Below, piece by piece: positions 15,122-24,240 of a stretch of DNA of 33,810 nt (positions within the stretch are counted from its first letter, which is position 1; every line of letters begins with the position of its first letter). The position numbers were made by a program, and so were the translations under genes. The notes under the pieces are model-generated. The model was not told the origin of the DNA, ran no database searches, and worked only from the letters and a program-made list of their open reading frames with translations. This DNA is from a virus (lineage: Duplodnaviria > Caudoviricetes), in IMG/VR virus record IMGVR_UViG_3300048041_000145, positions 1 through 33,810 of that record. One strand, given 5' to 3'.

Positions 15122-16291
15122 ATGAGAGGATTCAGCACCATTACAGGTAAAAATATGATGATAAGATACATCCTGGAAAACCTCAAAACAACAGATAAAA
15201 TATTAGATGTAGGATTTGGACAAGGAGCATACGGTTACCTCCTACGACAATACGGTTACAGGAAGATAGACGGTGTAGATGCTTACCCAAAGAACATGGA
15301 TAATTGTATTAAAAAAACATATCGCAAACTATTCTTCCAGCCAATACAGGATTTTAATTTTAACTATTACGATTTAATAATCATGGGTGATGTATTAGAA
15401 CATTTAACCCTAAGTGAAGCTCAGAAATTACTTGAGAATTATATTAATAATTATAAGTGCACCCATCTACTGATAAGCATACCCTATGAGATGCCAGTTG
15501 AACCTTGGACTGATAACCATTATGAAAAACATTTACAGAATACAGTAAACAAAGCATATATAGAAAAACATTATCCTTACCTTACTTGTATTTTTGAAGC
15601 CGAAATGGATGATTATAAAGGAAATACAATCGCAATATACAAATGGAATCAAAAGGAATCATCCAGACCGGAATATGATAAATATGGTAAAATCCCGAAA
15701 ATCATCCACCAGATATGGCTTGGAAATCCCATGCCTAACAGGTTAAAGAAATACTGCCAGTCATGGAAAGAACACCATCCAGATTGGGAATATAAGTTAT
15801 GGACTGAAGAAAACCTTCCAGAGCTGCAGAATCAGGAATTATATGACAATGCTAAAACCTACGCGGAAAGATCTGATATAATTCGATTGGAAATTCTAAA
15901 GAAATATGGTGGAATTTATGTTGATTGTGATATCGAATGCAAACATAATATTGAATATTTAATCGGTGACTCGGAGTTTATTGTATGTCAAGATTTGCCT
16001 GAATGGCCTCGCTTCAAAATACCTTATTTAAACAATGCACTCATGGGATGCACCCCGAATCATCCTTTAATTAAACGATTAATTGATGAATTACCGGAAC
16101 ATTGTAATGAATATAGTAATGAGCATGTAGTTTTTAGAACCGGTCCCGGCTTTCTATCGCTTAGGTTAAGTGGTGAGGATGTTAACCGTATTGAGCATGG
16201 TGTTAAGATAAGAGGTGAACGGGTTTTTATTCATCGTTATCAGAACACTTGGGTGAATGTTGAACCGCAGCCCCGTAATTTTTGGAAGTGA
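15122..16291 (+). CDS. Fusion of a class I SAM-dependent methyltransferase and a GT32 (DXD) glycosyltransferase
   Basis: ILDVGFGQGAYG and YDLIIMGDVLEHL (MTase); KIPKIIHQIWLG, SDIIRLEILKKYGGIYVDCD, TGPGFLS (GT32/Och1-like). Confidence 0.9.
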   Translation: MRGFSTITGKNMMIRYILENLKTTDKILDVGFGQGAYGYLLRQYGYRKIDGVDAYPKNMDNCIKKTYRKLFFQPIQDFNFNYYDLIIMGDVLEHLTLSEAQKLLENYINNYKCTHLLISIPYEMPVEPWTDNHYEKHLQNTVNKAYIEKHYPYLTCIFEAEMDDYKGNTIAIYKWNQKESSRPEYDKYGKIPKIIHQIWLGNPMPNRLKKYCQSWKEHHPDWEYKLWTEENLPELQNQELYDNAKTYAERSDIIRLEILKKYGGIYVDCDIECKHNIEYLIGDSEFIVCQDLPEWPRFKIPYLNNALMGCTPNHPLIKRLIDELPEHCNEYSNEHVVFRTGPGFLSLRLSGEDVNRIEHGVKIRGERVFIHRYQNTWVNVEPQPRNFWK

Positions 16292-16298
16292 TTTAGAT

Positions 16299-16418
16299 AT
16301 GGATTATGATGAAGTATGCCCTAATTGCGGTAGAGGTAATTGTATTTATGATGCTTTATTTGGTGAATGGGCCTGTAATAACTGTGATTATAAATGGTAT
16401 GGGGATTCAGATGAATGA
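16299..16418 (+). CDS. Mini TFIIB-type Zn-ribbon protein (39 aa, not in ORF track)
   Basis: MDYDEVCPNCGRGNCIYDALFGEWACNNCDYKWYGDSDE; GGAAGTGA SD. Confidence 0.65.
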   Translation: MDYDEVCPNCGRGNCIYDALFGEWACNNCDYKWYGDSDE

Positions 16419-16554
16419 AGAAAAAACTGTTAGACACATAGCAGAACAAACAGCTAAGACCCTTGAATCAAAGGGGTTGGATAAAGAATACTATATATGT
16501 ATTTTAAAGAAAGATGTGACATTATATGATATTTTAACAGGAAACCGAAAGTAA
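16411..16554 (+). CDS. Small hypothetical protein (47 aa)
   Basis: GGGGA SD before ATG 16411; this is the 3' half of track ORF 16306..16554. Confidence 0.55.
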   Translation: MNEEKTVRHIAEQTAKTLESKGLDKEYYICILKKDVTLYDILTGNRK

Positions 16555-16636
16555 TACTTTTTATTTTATTCTTTTATAAGTAACAACAAAAACCACCATA
16601 TATTGTAATACTTTTATCAAATAGTAGCTGATTTCT

Positions 16637-17617
16637 ATGGCAGATTTATTAAACAACATAATAGACTCAGCCATAAATGAAACTCTAAAAACACTCCAGG
16701 AAGCCGCGACAGACCCACCCACTTTCAAACCAAACCCAAATAGTAGTGAAGGCAAACCATCACCGGAAGAATTAAACCACCGCCAACAATTACAGGATAC
16801 ATTAGAAGACCTCTACAACCAAATAATCAAAATCATAAGAGCAAAAAATAACACCCCAGATACTGATATAACTCAGATAGACAACCTTACAGCACAATTA
16901 ACTCAAGATTTACAGACTTATAATACAAAAACAGTAAATTCAAGATTCCAGGACGGATGGGATCTAATGATAAAATATGTTCAAGCAGCTATAAAAAAAG
17001 CAAAAAAGAACATTCGAATACCACAACAACCCACAGTACAGCCAAGATTACAGTCTATTCAGACCCAGCAGAATCAAAACGTAGAAGATATAAGCTATTT
17101 TTTAAGAGGACGTATAAGGCAAATAATCAACATGCGAAGTGTTAAGAGTTACTATCAGACTAATCAGAAGATTAAACAATCATTAAATTTACTAAAACAG
17201 GATGTAGATCAGACTAATTGGACACCTTGCATGAAAGCATTACACACTAAAAATCCCAACCTCACAGAGGATGAATTAGAAGACCAATGCGAAGCCGAAG
17301 ACAATACAAACAGCGCATTCAACCGAGCATCCAACAACCTAGACCAGCTGGGGATATTTGGCTGGCTTGAAAGTCAAACTGCAGGATTCTTAGCAGCTGC
17401 AATTTGGATTATGGCTGTTATATCTACTTTAAATATTAAGATCCCCTGGGTAACCTGTGACGATAATGGTAACTGTGCATCACCAGGTCCGGTTTGTGAT
17501 GACTGTGAAGGATGTAAAGCAGATGGTCCTTATGATCCTAATGATTTCCCTCCATGGCAGCATGATGGTGACCGGTGTAATGATCCACCTGGTGAACCTG
17601 TTATAACTTTTTCATAA
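16637..17617 (+). CDS. MuF/SPP1 gp7-like head morphogenesis protein
   Basis: C-terminal WVTCDD...VCDDC...GPY...PPWQHDGDRC resembles the MuF Cys/His motif; lies between terL and portal. Confidence 0.7.
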   Translation: MADLLNNIIDSAINETLKTLQEAATDPPTFKPNPNSSEGKPSPEELNHRQQLQDTLEDLYNQIIKIIRAKNNTPDTDITQIDNLTAQLTQDLQTYNTKTVNSRFQDGWDLMIKYVQAAIKKAKKNIRIPQQPTVQPRLQSIQTQQNQNVEDISYFLRGRIRQIINMRSVKSYYQTNQKIKQSLNLLKQDVDQTNWTPCMKALHTKNPNLTEDELEDQCEAEDNTNSAFNRASNNLDQLGIFGWLESQTAGFLAAAIWIMAVISTLNIKIPWVTCDDNGNCASPGPVCDDCEGCKADGPYDPNDFPPWQHDGDRCNDPPGEPVITFS

Positions 17618-17675
17618 AATTACTCTTTTTTATTTATAATTTAACTATAATATTTCGAGTTGGTGAAAATATAAA

Positions 17676-19097
17676 ATGAAATTTATAAACCAGGCAATGG
17701 CAACCATCCGTCAAGCCATTCCCAAAATCCAAATAGGGAACTATCCAGGTCAATCATCCGTAGTGGGTGATGATATAATTGATGTTTTAAATTCCTGGAC
17801 GGGGATGAGATTCCAGAATATTGGAGATTTCTTCAGCTTTTACAGGCAAAACTATTTCAAAACAGCTTATAACCAGCTCGGAATGAACCCTTACGGATGC
17901 TACCAGTTAGCAATGGGAAACCCCTGGGTAGGTGGGGCAGTAAAAGCAATCAGCGGACCCATCGAATCCAGCGATATAATAGCAGTACCAACCGCTGATG
18001 AGGTTAAACCGAACGAGGTCATGATAGATTACATGGAAGATCTATTACTCTATCCAAACCCAACTCCGAACGCTAATTTCTTCAAAGAGCAACTAGTAGA
18101 AGATAAAAAAATAGCCGGGGCATATTATGTTGAAGTAAATTATAATGCTGCTGGTTTTCCTGCAAGATTTGACCGTATAAGCCCCGCACAGATACAGATT
18201 AAACAAAAAGGTGGCGTAGGATTTTATATTAAAGATAATGGATATGTATTCCCACCTGAAAGCCTGATTGTAGGAATGGAACCGAACCCCTTAGACAATT
18301 ACCGAGGATTAACACCACTTGTAAAATTATTCGATCATATGATGCTAGATGAAGCTCTAACTGAACACAACCTAAGATTTTTCACTAAAGACATGCTCAA
18401 GGGCATTATCAATATGGATCCCAAGGTGCATACTAATACAAAATCAGCCCAAGCCGAAGCCATAAGAATTAACCAAGATTTATCCTCAATGGAAGAGAAA
18501 GGCGAATCCGGCCATTTATTAGTCTATGGTGCAACCTATCAATCCCTAAATACCAGTAATCGTGATATGCTCACCCCATCCATAACAGAGAACATAATCC
18601 AAGCAGTTAAAACGGTGTATCGTGTGCCGCCAAGCAAGATGATGCAAGCAATACCTGGAAGTTTAGGAGGTCAGGATGAAACTCAAGATGACAGTATGAA
18701 TGAAACACTGATGGATGAAATAAGTAAATTCCTTAAACCGTTCAATTACTTCTTTGCTAATGTAATGGGCATCACAGATACCACTTTAAGCTATGATAAC
18801 CTCACAAACACCGACCAGACACGGCAAGCGAATCTGGATAATATTAGCCTGATGAATAGTTCCACCAGTATTGATGAGGTTCGTACAAATCGTGGAGATA
18901 CTCCTTATGGTGAGGATTGGAGTAAGTATCCATTACTCAATAAAAATATGATGCCACTTTCTTGGGCTTTAAACGATTATAGTAATCCCGGCGATGCTCA
19001 GGCATCAAATAATCCCGCATCTGAAGCAGCATATGACCAACAAACCATATTGGAAGATAAGATTCGTGAACGTGTACGTGACTTAATACGGGGATGA
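17676..19097 (+). CDS. Portal protein (HK97-like)
   Basis: NPWVGGAVKAI, LLLYPNP, GAYYVEV, YRGLTPL, VYRVPPSKM, SIDEVR...G..P motifs. Confidence 0.93.
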   Translation: MKFINQAMATIRQAIPKIQIGNYPGQSSVVGDDIIDVLNSWTGMRFQNIGDFFSFYRQNYFKTAYNQLGMNPYGCYQLAMGNPWVGGAVKAISGPIESSDIIAVPTADEVKPNEVMIDYMEDLLLYPNPTPNANFFKEQLVEDKKIAGAYYVEVNYNAAGFPARFDRISPAQIQIKQKGGVGFYIKDNGYVFPPESLIVGMEPNPLDNYRGLTPLVKLFDHMMLDEALTEHNLRFFTKDMLKGIINMDPKVHTNTKSAQAEAIRINQDLSSMEEKGESGHLLVYGATYQSLNTSNRDMLTPSITENIIQAVKTVYRVPPSKMMQAIPGSLGGQDETQDDSMNETLMDEISKFLKPFNYFFANVMGITDTTLSYDNLTNTDQTRQANLDNISLMNSSTSIDEVRTNRGDTPYGEDWSKYPLLNKNMMPLSWALNDYSNPGDAQASNNPASEAAYDQQTILEDKIRERVRDLIRG

Positions 19098-19102
19098 TGA
19101 TA

Positions 19103-19249
19103 ATGATAAAAAATAAAAATGAACCTTTCAGTGATTCTTTCAAACACATTGATCCGGTGGAAGATGAGAAACTTCAAGAGAAAATTAAAAAGAAATTGAA
19201 ACAACGAAAGAAGAAAGTAATTCAAGAGAATTATCAAACATTAAGCTAA
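19103..19249 (+). CDS. Small basic protein (48 aa, not in ORF track)
   Basis: Lys-rich ORF immediately after the portal stop. Confidence 0.45.
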   Translation: MIKNKNEPFSDSFKHIDPVEDEKLQEKIKKKLKQRKKKVIQENYQTLS

Positions 19250-19292
19250 TTATTTATCAATTTTATTTCTTATTTTAACTAATTATACGGAG

Positions 19293-20900
19293 GTGAATAT
19301 CATATCAAACTTACGTGAAACAATAATAAAAGAAAACATACCATTTAACGTAATTGTACCAGTAGTCCAACAATCCACACCCACCGATCCTAACAAACCA
19401 GTCACAATTGAAGGATTAGCAAGAACCACAGATATGAGCATATCTCATCACTTAACCACTGAAAACTGTATACAATCAATGAAAGACCAAATAACCAATG
19501 CAGCAAAAGCAGAACAGCCAATTCCATCATTTTTAGACCACGACCCGAATAAGATCATTGGAAATATCACAGGTGTTAAGGATTCAAAGACAACTGAATT
19601 ATGGCCCATAACTGAACTCTTACCCTTAAGCGGCAATCAACAAGTAGATGCACCCGTCCAACAAGTCCAGCACTGGATTGATAATAACATCCGTCTAGGT
19701 ATGAGTATATCAGGTTTAATGACTGATTCAAAATTCATAGAAGACATGGACACTGAGAACTGGTGGATTGAAATCAATGACATACAATTAATGGAGAACA
19801 GTATCACACCAATACCAGCTCAGGAAGAGACACAAGGAACAGTAGCAATAAAGAACAGTTGCAAATATGGTTTCTGTGAACAGTTAGGACCCCAAATAAA
19901 AGAATATCTCAAGTTAACCAATCCAATGATAACAGAACAGATAGATAGGATAGAAGAGGCTAAAAAAAGTGATTACGTTGTAAATCAAACATGTGATGAC
20001 AATGCGGTTAAACAAATCAAAGCCGGAAATGTTGATAATGGTACATGGAGTAAACCTAACGCTTCAGATTTCAGCAGTATAGATGATTATATCAAAATAG
20101 CCCTAGCGAAACATCCTGATGGCGATCCGAAACTTGCAGGTACTTATGGTTTTGAGATAGGTAAAAGTAATGGTAAAATCTCAAGACAAGGTGTTATATC
20201 AGCTAAAACAATGGCCGCTGGTGGTCGCAGTACTGCTGGTAAAAACACAGCGATTTATAACGCCGCTGATAAACTGTTACAATTAATAGACGGTTCCGAT
20301 GATGGTAAGCAGGAGGATTCCGTTAAAACTGATAATCAAAATATTGGAGGAGATATTATGGAAGAAGATAAAAGATTTAAAAAATTAGAACAGAATACCG
20401 AATTTGTAATGAATTATATCCAAGACCAACAGGAAAAAGAGGCTCAAGCTGCCTTAGAACAGGATAAACAATCCGCCGTAGACAAAGCACTGAAAGAAGA
20501 GAGAGAGAAACATAAAGAAGAACTAAAAACACTCAAAGAATCCTATGAAAAAGGAGCAAAAGAAGCAGTTCAAGAAGTCCTCAAAGAAGTTTTAGGCGAT
20601 AAAAAAACCGTTAAACAAAACAGCAGACACCCTGAACAACAGAAAAGCCAGGAAAACTTTATAGCCCAGGGTCTTATTAAACCTGCGGGTGTGAATCTTA
20701 AAGGCATCCCAGGATATGAGAATATAACCCTGGAAGAAAACACCGATAAAACTATCACTCAACAGGTATCAGAGCAATTACCAATGAACCAAAGACTTAA
20801 ATCAGTATTATATCGACCAGCTGTAGTTAGAGGTAAAGTCCTAGAAAACGCCGGTCAAACTGCTGAAGAATTCCTAGACACAATAGCTAAAAACCAATAA
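19293..20900 (+). CDS. Prohead protease with an inserted domain and C-terminal scaffold region
   Basis: TIEGLA, FLDHD..KIIG, GMSISG, LMENSITPIPA (HK97/S78-type); coiled-coil C-terminus; position between portal and MCP. The start may be ATA 19302. Confidence 0.85.
   Translation: MNIISNLRETIIKENIPFNVIVPVVQQSTPTDPNKPVTIEGLARTTDMSISHHLTTENCIQSMKDQITNAAKAEQPIPSFLDHDPNKIIGNITGVKDSKTTELWPITELLPLSGNQQVDAPVQQVQHWIDNNIRLGMSISGLMTDSKFIEDMDTENWWIEINDIQLMENSITPIPAQEETQGTVAIKNSCKYGFCEQLGPQIKEYLKLTNPMITEQIDRIEEAKKSDYVVNQTCDDNAVKQIKAGNVDNGTWSKPNASDFSSIDDYIKIALAKHPDGDPKLAGTYGFEIGKSNGKISRQGVISAKTMAAGGRSTAGKNTAIYNAADKLLQLIDGSDDGKQEDSVKTDNQNIGGDIMEEDKRFKKLEQNTEFVMNYIQDQQEKEAQAALEQDKQSAVDKALKEEREKHKEELKTLKESYEKGAKEAVQEVLKEVLGDKKTVKQNSRHPEQQKSQENFIAQGLIKPAGVNLKGIPGYENITLEENTDKTITQQVSEQLPMNQRLKSVLYRPAVVRGKVLENAGQTAEEFLDTIAKNQ
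20358..20900 (+). CDS. Nested in-frame scaffolding protein (internal start)
   Basis: GGAGGAG at 20346-20352 followed by in-frame ATG 20358 (MEEDKRFKKLEQ...), coiled coil. Confidence 0.6.
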   Translation: MEEDKRFKKLEQNTEFVMNYIQDQQEKEAQAALEQDKQSAVDKALKEEREKHKEELKTLKESYEKGAKEAVQEVLKEVLGDKKTVKQNSRHPEQQKSQENFIAQGLIKPAGVNLKGIPGYENITLEENTDKTITQQVSEQLPMNQRLKSVLYRPAVVRGKVLENAGQTAEEFLDTIAKNQ

Positions 20901-20914
20901 GGAGGATGATTATT

Positions 20915-22042
20915 ATGGCAGCAGCCAAATCACAAATAGAAAATGATTTTAAACAAGGAATAATAAATAATATCCATAAAGAAATGAAAATGGATTTCTC
21001 TAGAGGGATAACTGAACACAACTTTTCACGAGAAGGAATTAATGCAGAATCGTTATCTGATGCTCAGGCGGAGTTCATAAAAACCCAACTCAATGATATG
21101 ATGTTAAGACAGGATGTTAACTTACCATCATCAGCGAATTTCTTCCCAATACAATTAGATCCTAATGTATATAATGAAAAAATATTATTCATGAGAACAC
21201 CGCTCTTAACTTATCTTGAATCATTAGGAGTGCGTAAACCAGTTAGTACAACTAAATTTAATTATATTGAGTTAACCGAAGGTTTCCAGGAGGAATGGAT
21301 TGGAGAAACCGATGCCACTGAAGGAACGGGTACTAATGCCGCTACTAACCTTGGAACTGCTCAAATCTGTTTTGAAGCAGTACCATTCAACCTATCAGAC
21401 TTACTAGGTGCTGGTCAAACTGTCACTACACGTGCCCAGTTAATGAACATGATATTACAAACCCTGCGAGAAGGATATGAAAAAGTATTACTAAACGGCT
21501 CTGGAGGATCAGGATCACCTTCAACCAACCAGTTTGATGGGTTATACACCATAGCGGGAAACAGCGGATACTCCACCAGTAATGGTGGAGATGCTATGAC
21601 TCTTAACGCAATGAGGATATTACATGCTAATTTAAGACAGAGACAGAAAGGAATGGCAACATTCATATTAACAGACGAATTCACTCACACAAATATCCAG
21701 GATGAAATGGCCGCTACAATCAGAAACATAAACACCACTAATGAAATTGTTGCCGGTGTAAATCCAACCGCATATCAAGCATCAGCCGCTGAAATACCAA
21801 TTATAGTCAGTCCATTCAGTCCAATGACCGTACCATCACCAGATGATGGCAGCATCCCAACCAACAGAAACCTTGGAATGTTCAACGAACAATTCGTGAA
21901 TGTTCAAGATCTGATCACTTCAAGTTGGGTGGAAGCTGGTAAGACCAGACCACTCGCTACCAATGGTTGGATTATGCAGGCATCTGTGATGTTCTATACT
22001 GTACCTCCACAATCAGCTGTTATAACTGATATTGCGGAGTAA
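20915..22042 (+). CDS. Major capsid protein (HK97 fold)
   Basis: Position and size; QLDPNV...RTPLL...WIGE, EKVLLNG...NQFDGL, IPIIVSPF; GGAGG SD favours ATG 20915. Confidence 0.88.
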   Translation: MAAAKSQIENDFKQGIINNIHKEMKMDFSRGITEHNFSREGINAESLSDAQAEFIKTQLNDMMLRQDVNLPSSANFFPIQLDPNVYNEKILFMRTPLLTYLESLGVRKPVSTTKFNYIELTEGFQEEWIGETDATEGTGTNAATNLGTAQICFEAVPFNLSDLLGAGQTVTTRAQLMNMILQTLREGYEKVLLNGSGGSGSPSTNQFDGLYTIAGNSGYSTSNGGDAMTLNAMRILHANLRQRQKGMATFILTDEFTHTNIQDEMAATIRNINTTNEIVAGVNPTAYQASAAEIPIIVSPFSPMTVPSPDDGSIPTNRNLGMFNEQFVNVQDLITSSWVEAGKTRPLATNGWIMQASVMFYTVPPQSAVITDIAE

Positions 22043-22085
22043 AAAATCTTTTATTTAATTTTTTTTATGAGGAGGTAAAAGATTT

Positions 22086-22565
22086 ATGACAATAGCAAAT
22101 TTAACAGCTGATAAAATTGAAAGATTAAACCAAGCATTACCGGTATTCTATGAATTAGGAATAGGAAACCTTATACAAAACTTAATCACCGAAGCAAACA
22201 GCGAAACGGGAGAGATACCAGCAGCTTTAGCTAATGGTGATATATTTGTAGGGAACAGTTCCAACGTACCCGCAGCGGTAGCAGTCACAGGTGATATAAC
22301 ATTAACCGATTTAGGAGTAGCTACAATTGGAGCAGGTAAAGTTAGCAGCGGTAAGATGGCTCTTTTTGTTTCCACTTTGCAAACAGGATCAGGAGGAGCT
22401 CAAAATATTGCACATGGATTAGGGGTTACACCAACAACTGTTTTACTTATACCTGCCAGTGTACCTGCAACTGGTGGACTCGCAACATCATTCACTAAAG
22501 GCAGTACAAATGTGGTTGCTACCGTGACCAATGGCGCAACATATTATGTAGTTGCAATAGCTTAA
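22086..22565 (+). CDS. Putative capsid decoration/head fibre protein
   Basis: Follows MCP; Gly/Ala/Thr/Val-rich beta protein with LANGDIFVGNSSN and IAHGLGVTP motifs. Confidence 0.6.
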   Translation: MTIANLTADKIERLNQALPVFYELGIGNLIQNLITEANSETGEIPAALANGDIFVGNSSNVPAAVAVTGDITLTDLGVATIGAGKVSSGKMALFVSTLQTGSGGAQNIAHGLGVTPTTVLLIPASVPATGGLATSFTKGSTNVVATVTNGATYYVVAIA

Positions 22566-22606
22566 ATTTACTATTTCTTTTTTTTAAATTATCGAGGTGA
22601 GAATAG

Positions 22607-23470
22607 ATGGCACTCCCTACTTATATCATAATCAACCCACTATCATGTCAAACTGGTGTAAATGCTACCATAACCGCCATACTCACTAGCAACGGTTTAC
22701 CCGTAGCAGATAAGGAAATAGTTTTCTCAGTAAACGGTCAGGAAATAGAAACCGCCACTACAAATGAAACAGGAACAGCCAGTATAACTTATAATAACTT
22801 ACTTACCTTTGGCACTTATTCACTTTCAGCTATATTTGGAGGTGATAGTAATTATGAAGAATCAAAGAATAATACCAGTTTTAATGTACCAGGACTAGTA
22901 ACACCATACTTAACACCAAAACAATTACGTGAACGTGCAATTCCCAAAAACATAGATTTAACAATCTACTCTGATGACATGTTAAAGGGAAAAATAGCCC
23001 AAATGCAATATCAAATAGAAGAGAGTACTAATCGGATATTCGCAATGAAACAGGTCACTGAATGGATCCCCCGTTTCGATGGAACTGGTTTTAATCTCAG
23101 ATGGTTTCCGGTGCTTCCGCAATCCTTAACAATCAACAGTGGATCTGAAGGACCATTACTTAACAGCTTTACTATGGATGGTCAGGTAGTTACCTGGTAT
23201 CTTACACAACCGGAATATGGGATAGTTATTTTTGACATGCCAATATTTAATTGGGGACCGTATCGTGTGAATAACATTGAATTAAATTATACAGTGGTAT
23301 ATGATTTGAATGATCCAACCGGTGTGCATCCAACAGCTCAGGCGTTATGTGCTGATATGGCTTTACAATCAGTTAAGGATGCAAGAAGTCAGGGTGCGAG
23401 TGATATGAGTAAGTTTGATGATAGAATAAGAAGACTCAGCAGACCATTATTAACGGTTGTTGGGCGATAA
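22607..23470 (+). CDS. Ig-like domain fused to a head-tail connector (HK97 gp6/SPP1 gp15-like)
   Basis: N-terminal TATTNETGTAS...GTYSLSAIFGGDSNYEES (Ig-like adhesin repeat); C-terminal YLTPKQLR...DDMLKGKI...IEESTNRIF...NIELNYTV (adaptor). Confidence 0.7.
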   Translation: MALPTYIIINPLSCQTGVNATITAILTSNGLPVADKEIVFSVNGQEIETATTNETGTASITYNNLLTFGTYSLSAIFGGDSNYEESKNNTSFNVPGLVTPYLTPKQLRERAIPKNIDLTIYSDDMLKGKIAQMQYQIEESTNRIFAMKQVTEWIPRFDGTGFNLRWFPVLPQSLTINSGSEGPLLNSFTMDGQVVTWYLTQPEYGIVIFDMPIFNWGPYRVNNIELNYTVVYDLNDPTGVHPTAQALCADMALQSVKDARSQGASDMSKFDDRIRRLSRPLLTVVGR

Positions 23471-23485
23471 GGAGATTATAAGAAT

Positions 23486-23785
23486 ATGACTTTTGCAAAT
23501 TCTGATACAGTTAAGATGAGAGCCAAGAATTTTCCTAACTATAATGATGACCTGGCGGATGATGCAATATCAGCAGCTGATGGAATGATACTAGCCCTAG
23601 TTCCCGGTGCCAGTTCATTTGAAGGCAGCCCACCAACTACACCGAATAATATAGTTTTAGCTGCTAATATGTTTGCACTTGCAGATATAATTGATACATT
23701 ATTCGTGGCTGCTGATGGAAACCGAAACCAAACAGCCCAGGCATTTGAGAACCGTGCTATGAAACTACTGAAACCGTACATCTAA
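23486..23785 (+). CDS. Head-tail adaptor-like protein (Mu gp36/gp15-like)
   Basis: FANSDTV...DAISAADGMI...P.NIVLAA...FENRAMKLL; neck-module position. Confidence 0.65.
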   Translation: MTFANSDTVKMRAKNFPNYNDDLADDAISAADGMILALVPGASSFEGSPPTTPNNIVLAANMFALADIIDTLFVAADGNRNQTAQAFENRAMKLLKPYI

Positions 23786-23797
23786 GGGGTTGATTTT

Positions 23798-24238
23798 ATT
23801 GGTGAAATAAAGGTTAACCTAGATAAAAGCGATGTAGAAGACTATATCACTGATATCCTTGATAACATAGAGGAATTAACCCAGAGTGCCCTTGATGATA
23901 TAGGGGATATATTTAAGGATTACATGTCTACCTATGCACCACGTGGTGAAACAGGGATGTTAGCAGATTTAACAGTAGTTGAAACCAGTGGAATGGATCG
24001 TTATATATACAGTGCCGATGACCCTATATTCGGTTATATCATACTCGGAACACCAGCGCATGAAATATATCCAGTAACTGCTAAAGCCCTTTACTGGCCT
24101 GGAGCATTACACCCAGTTATGCATGTGCATCACCCAGGTACTATAGCGAATGATTATGCAATGCAAGCATTTATGGATGGTAGTTCACCAGCTGATGATA
24201 GGGCAGACCAACTGTTAGATGAAATATTAGGTGATTAA
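23798..24238 (+). CDS. HK97 gp10-like neck/tail completion protein (probable ATT start)
   Basis: APRGETGMLAD, ILGTPAHEIYP..AKALYW, VHHPGT; the frame is open 42 codons upstream of the track ATG 23924. Confidence 0.75.
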   Translation: MGEIKVNLDKSDVEDYITDILDNIEELTQSALDDIGDIFKDYMSTYAPRGETGMLADLTVVETSGMDRYIYSADDPIFGYIILGTPAHEIYPVTAKALYWPGALHPVMHVHHPGTIANDYAMQAFMDGSSPADDRADQLLDEILGD

Positions 24239-24240
24239 AG

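Noticed and set aside
16306-16554. 82-aa ORF as given in the track
   Set aside because: Better explained as two genes: a Zn ribbon at 16299..16418 in another frame, and 16411..16554.
13602-19097. Inteins in TerL or portal
   Set aside because: Protein lengths are normal and no intein splice-junction or LAGLIDADG blocks were seen.
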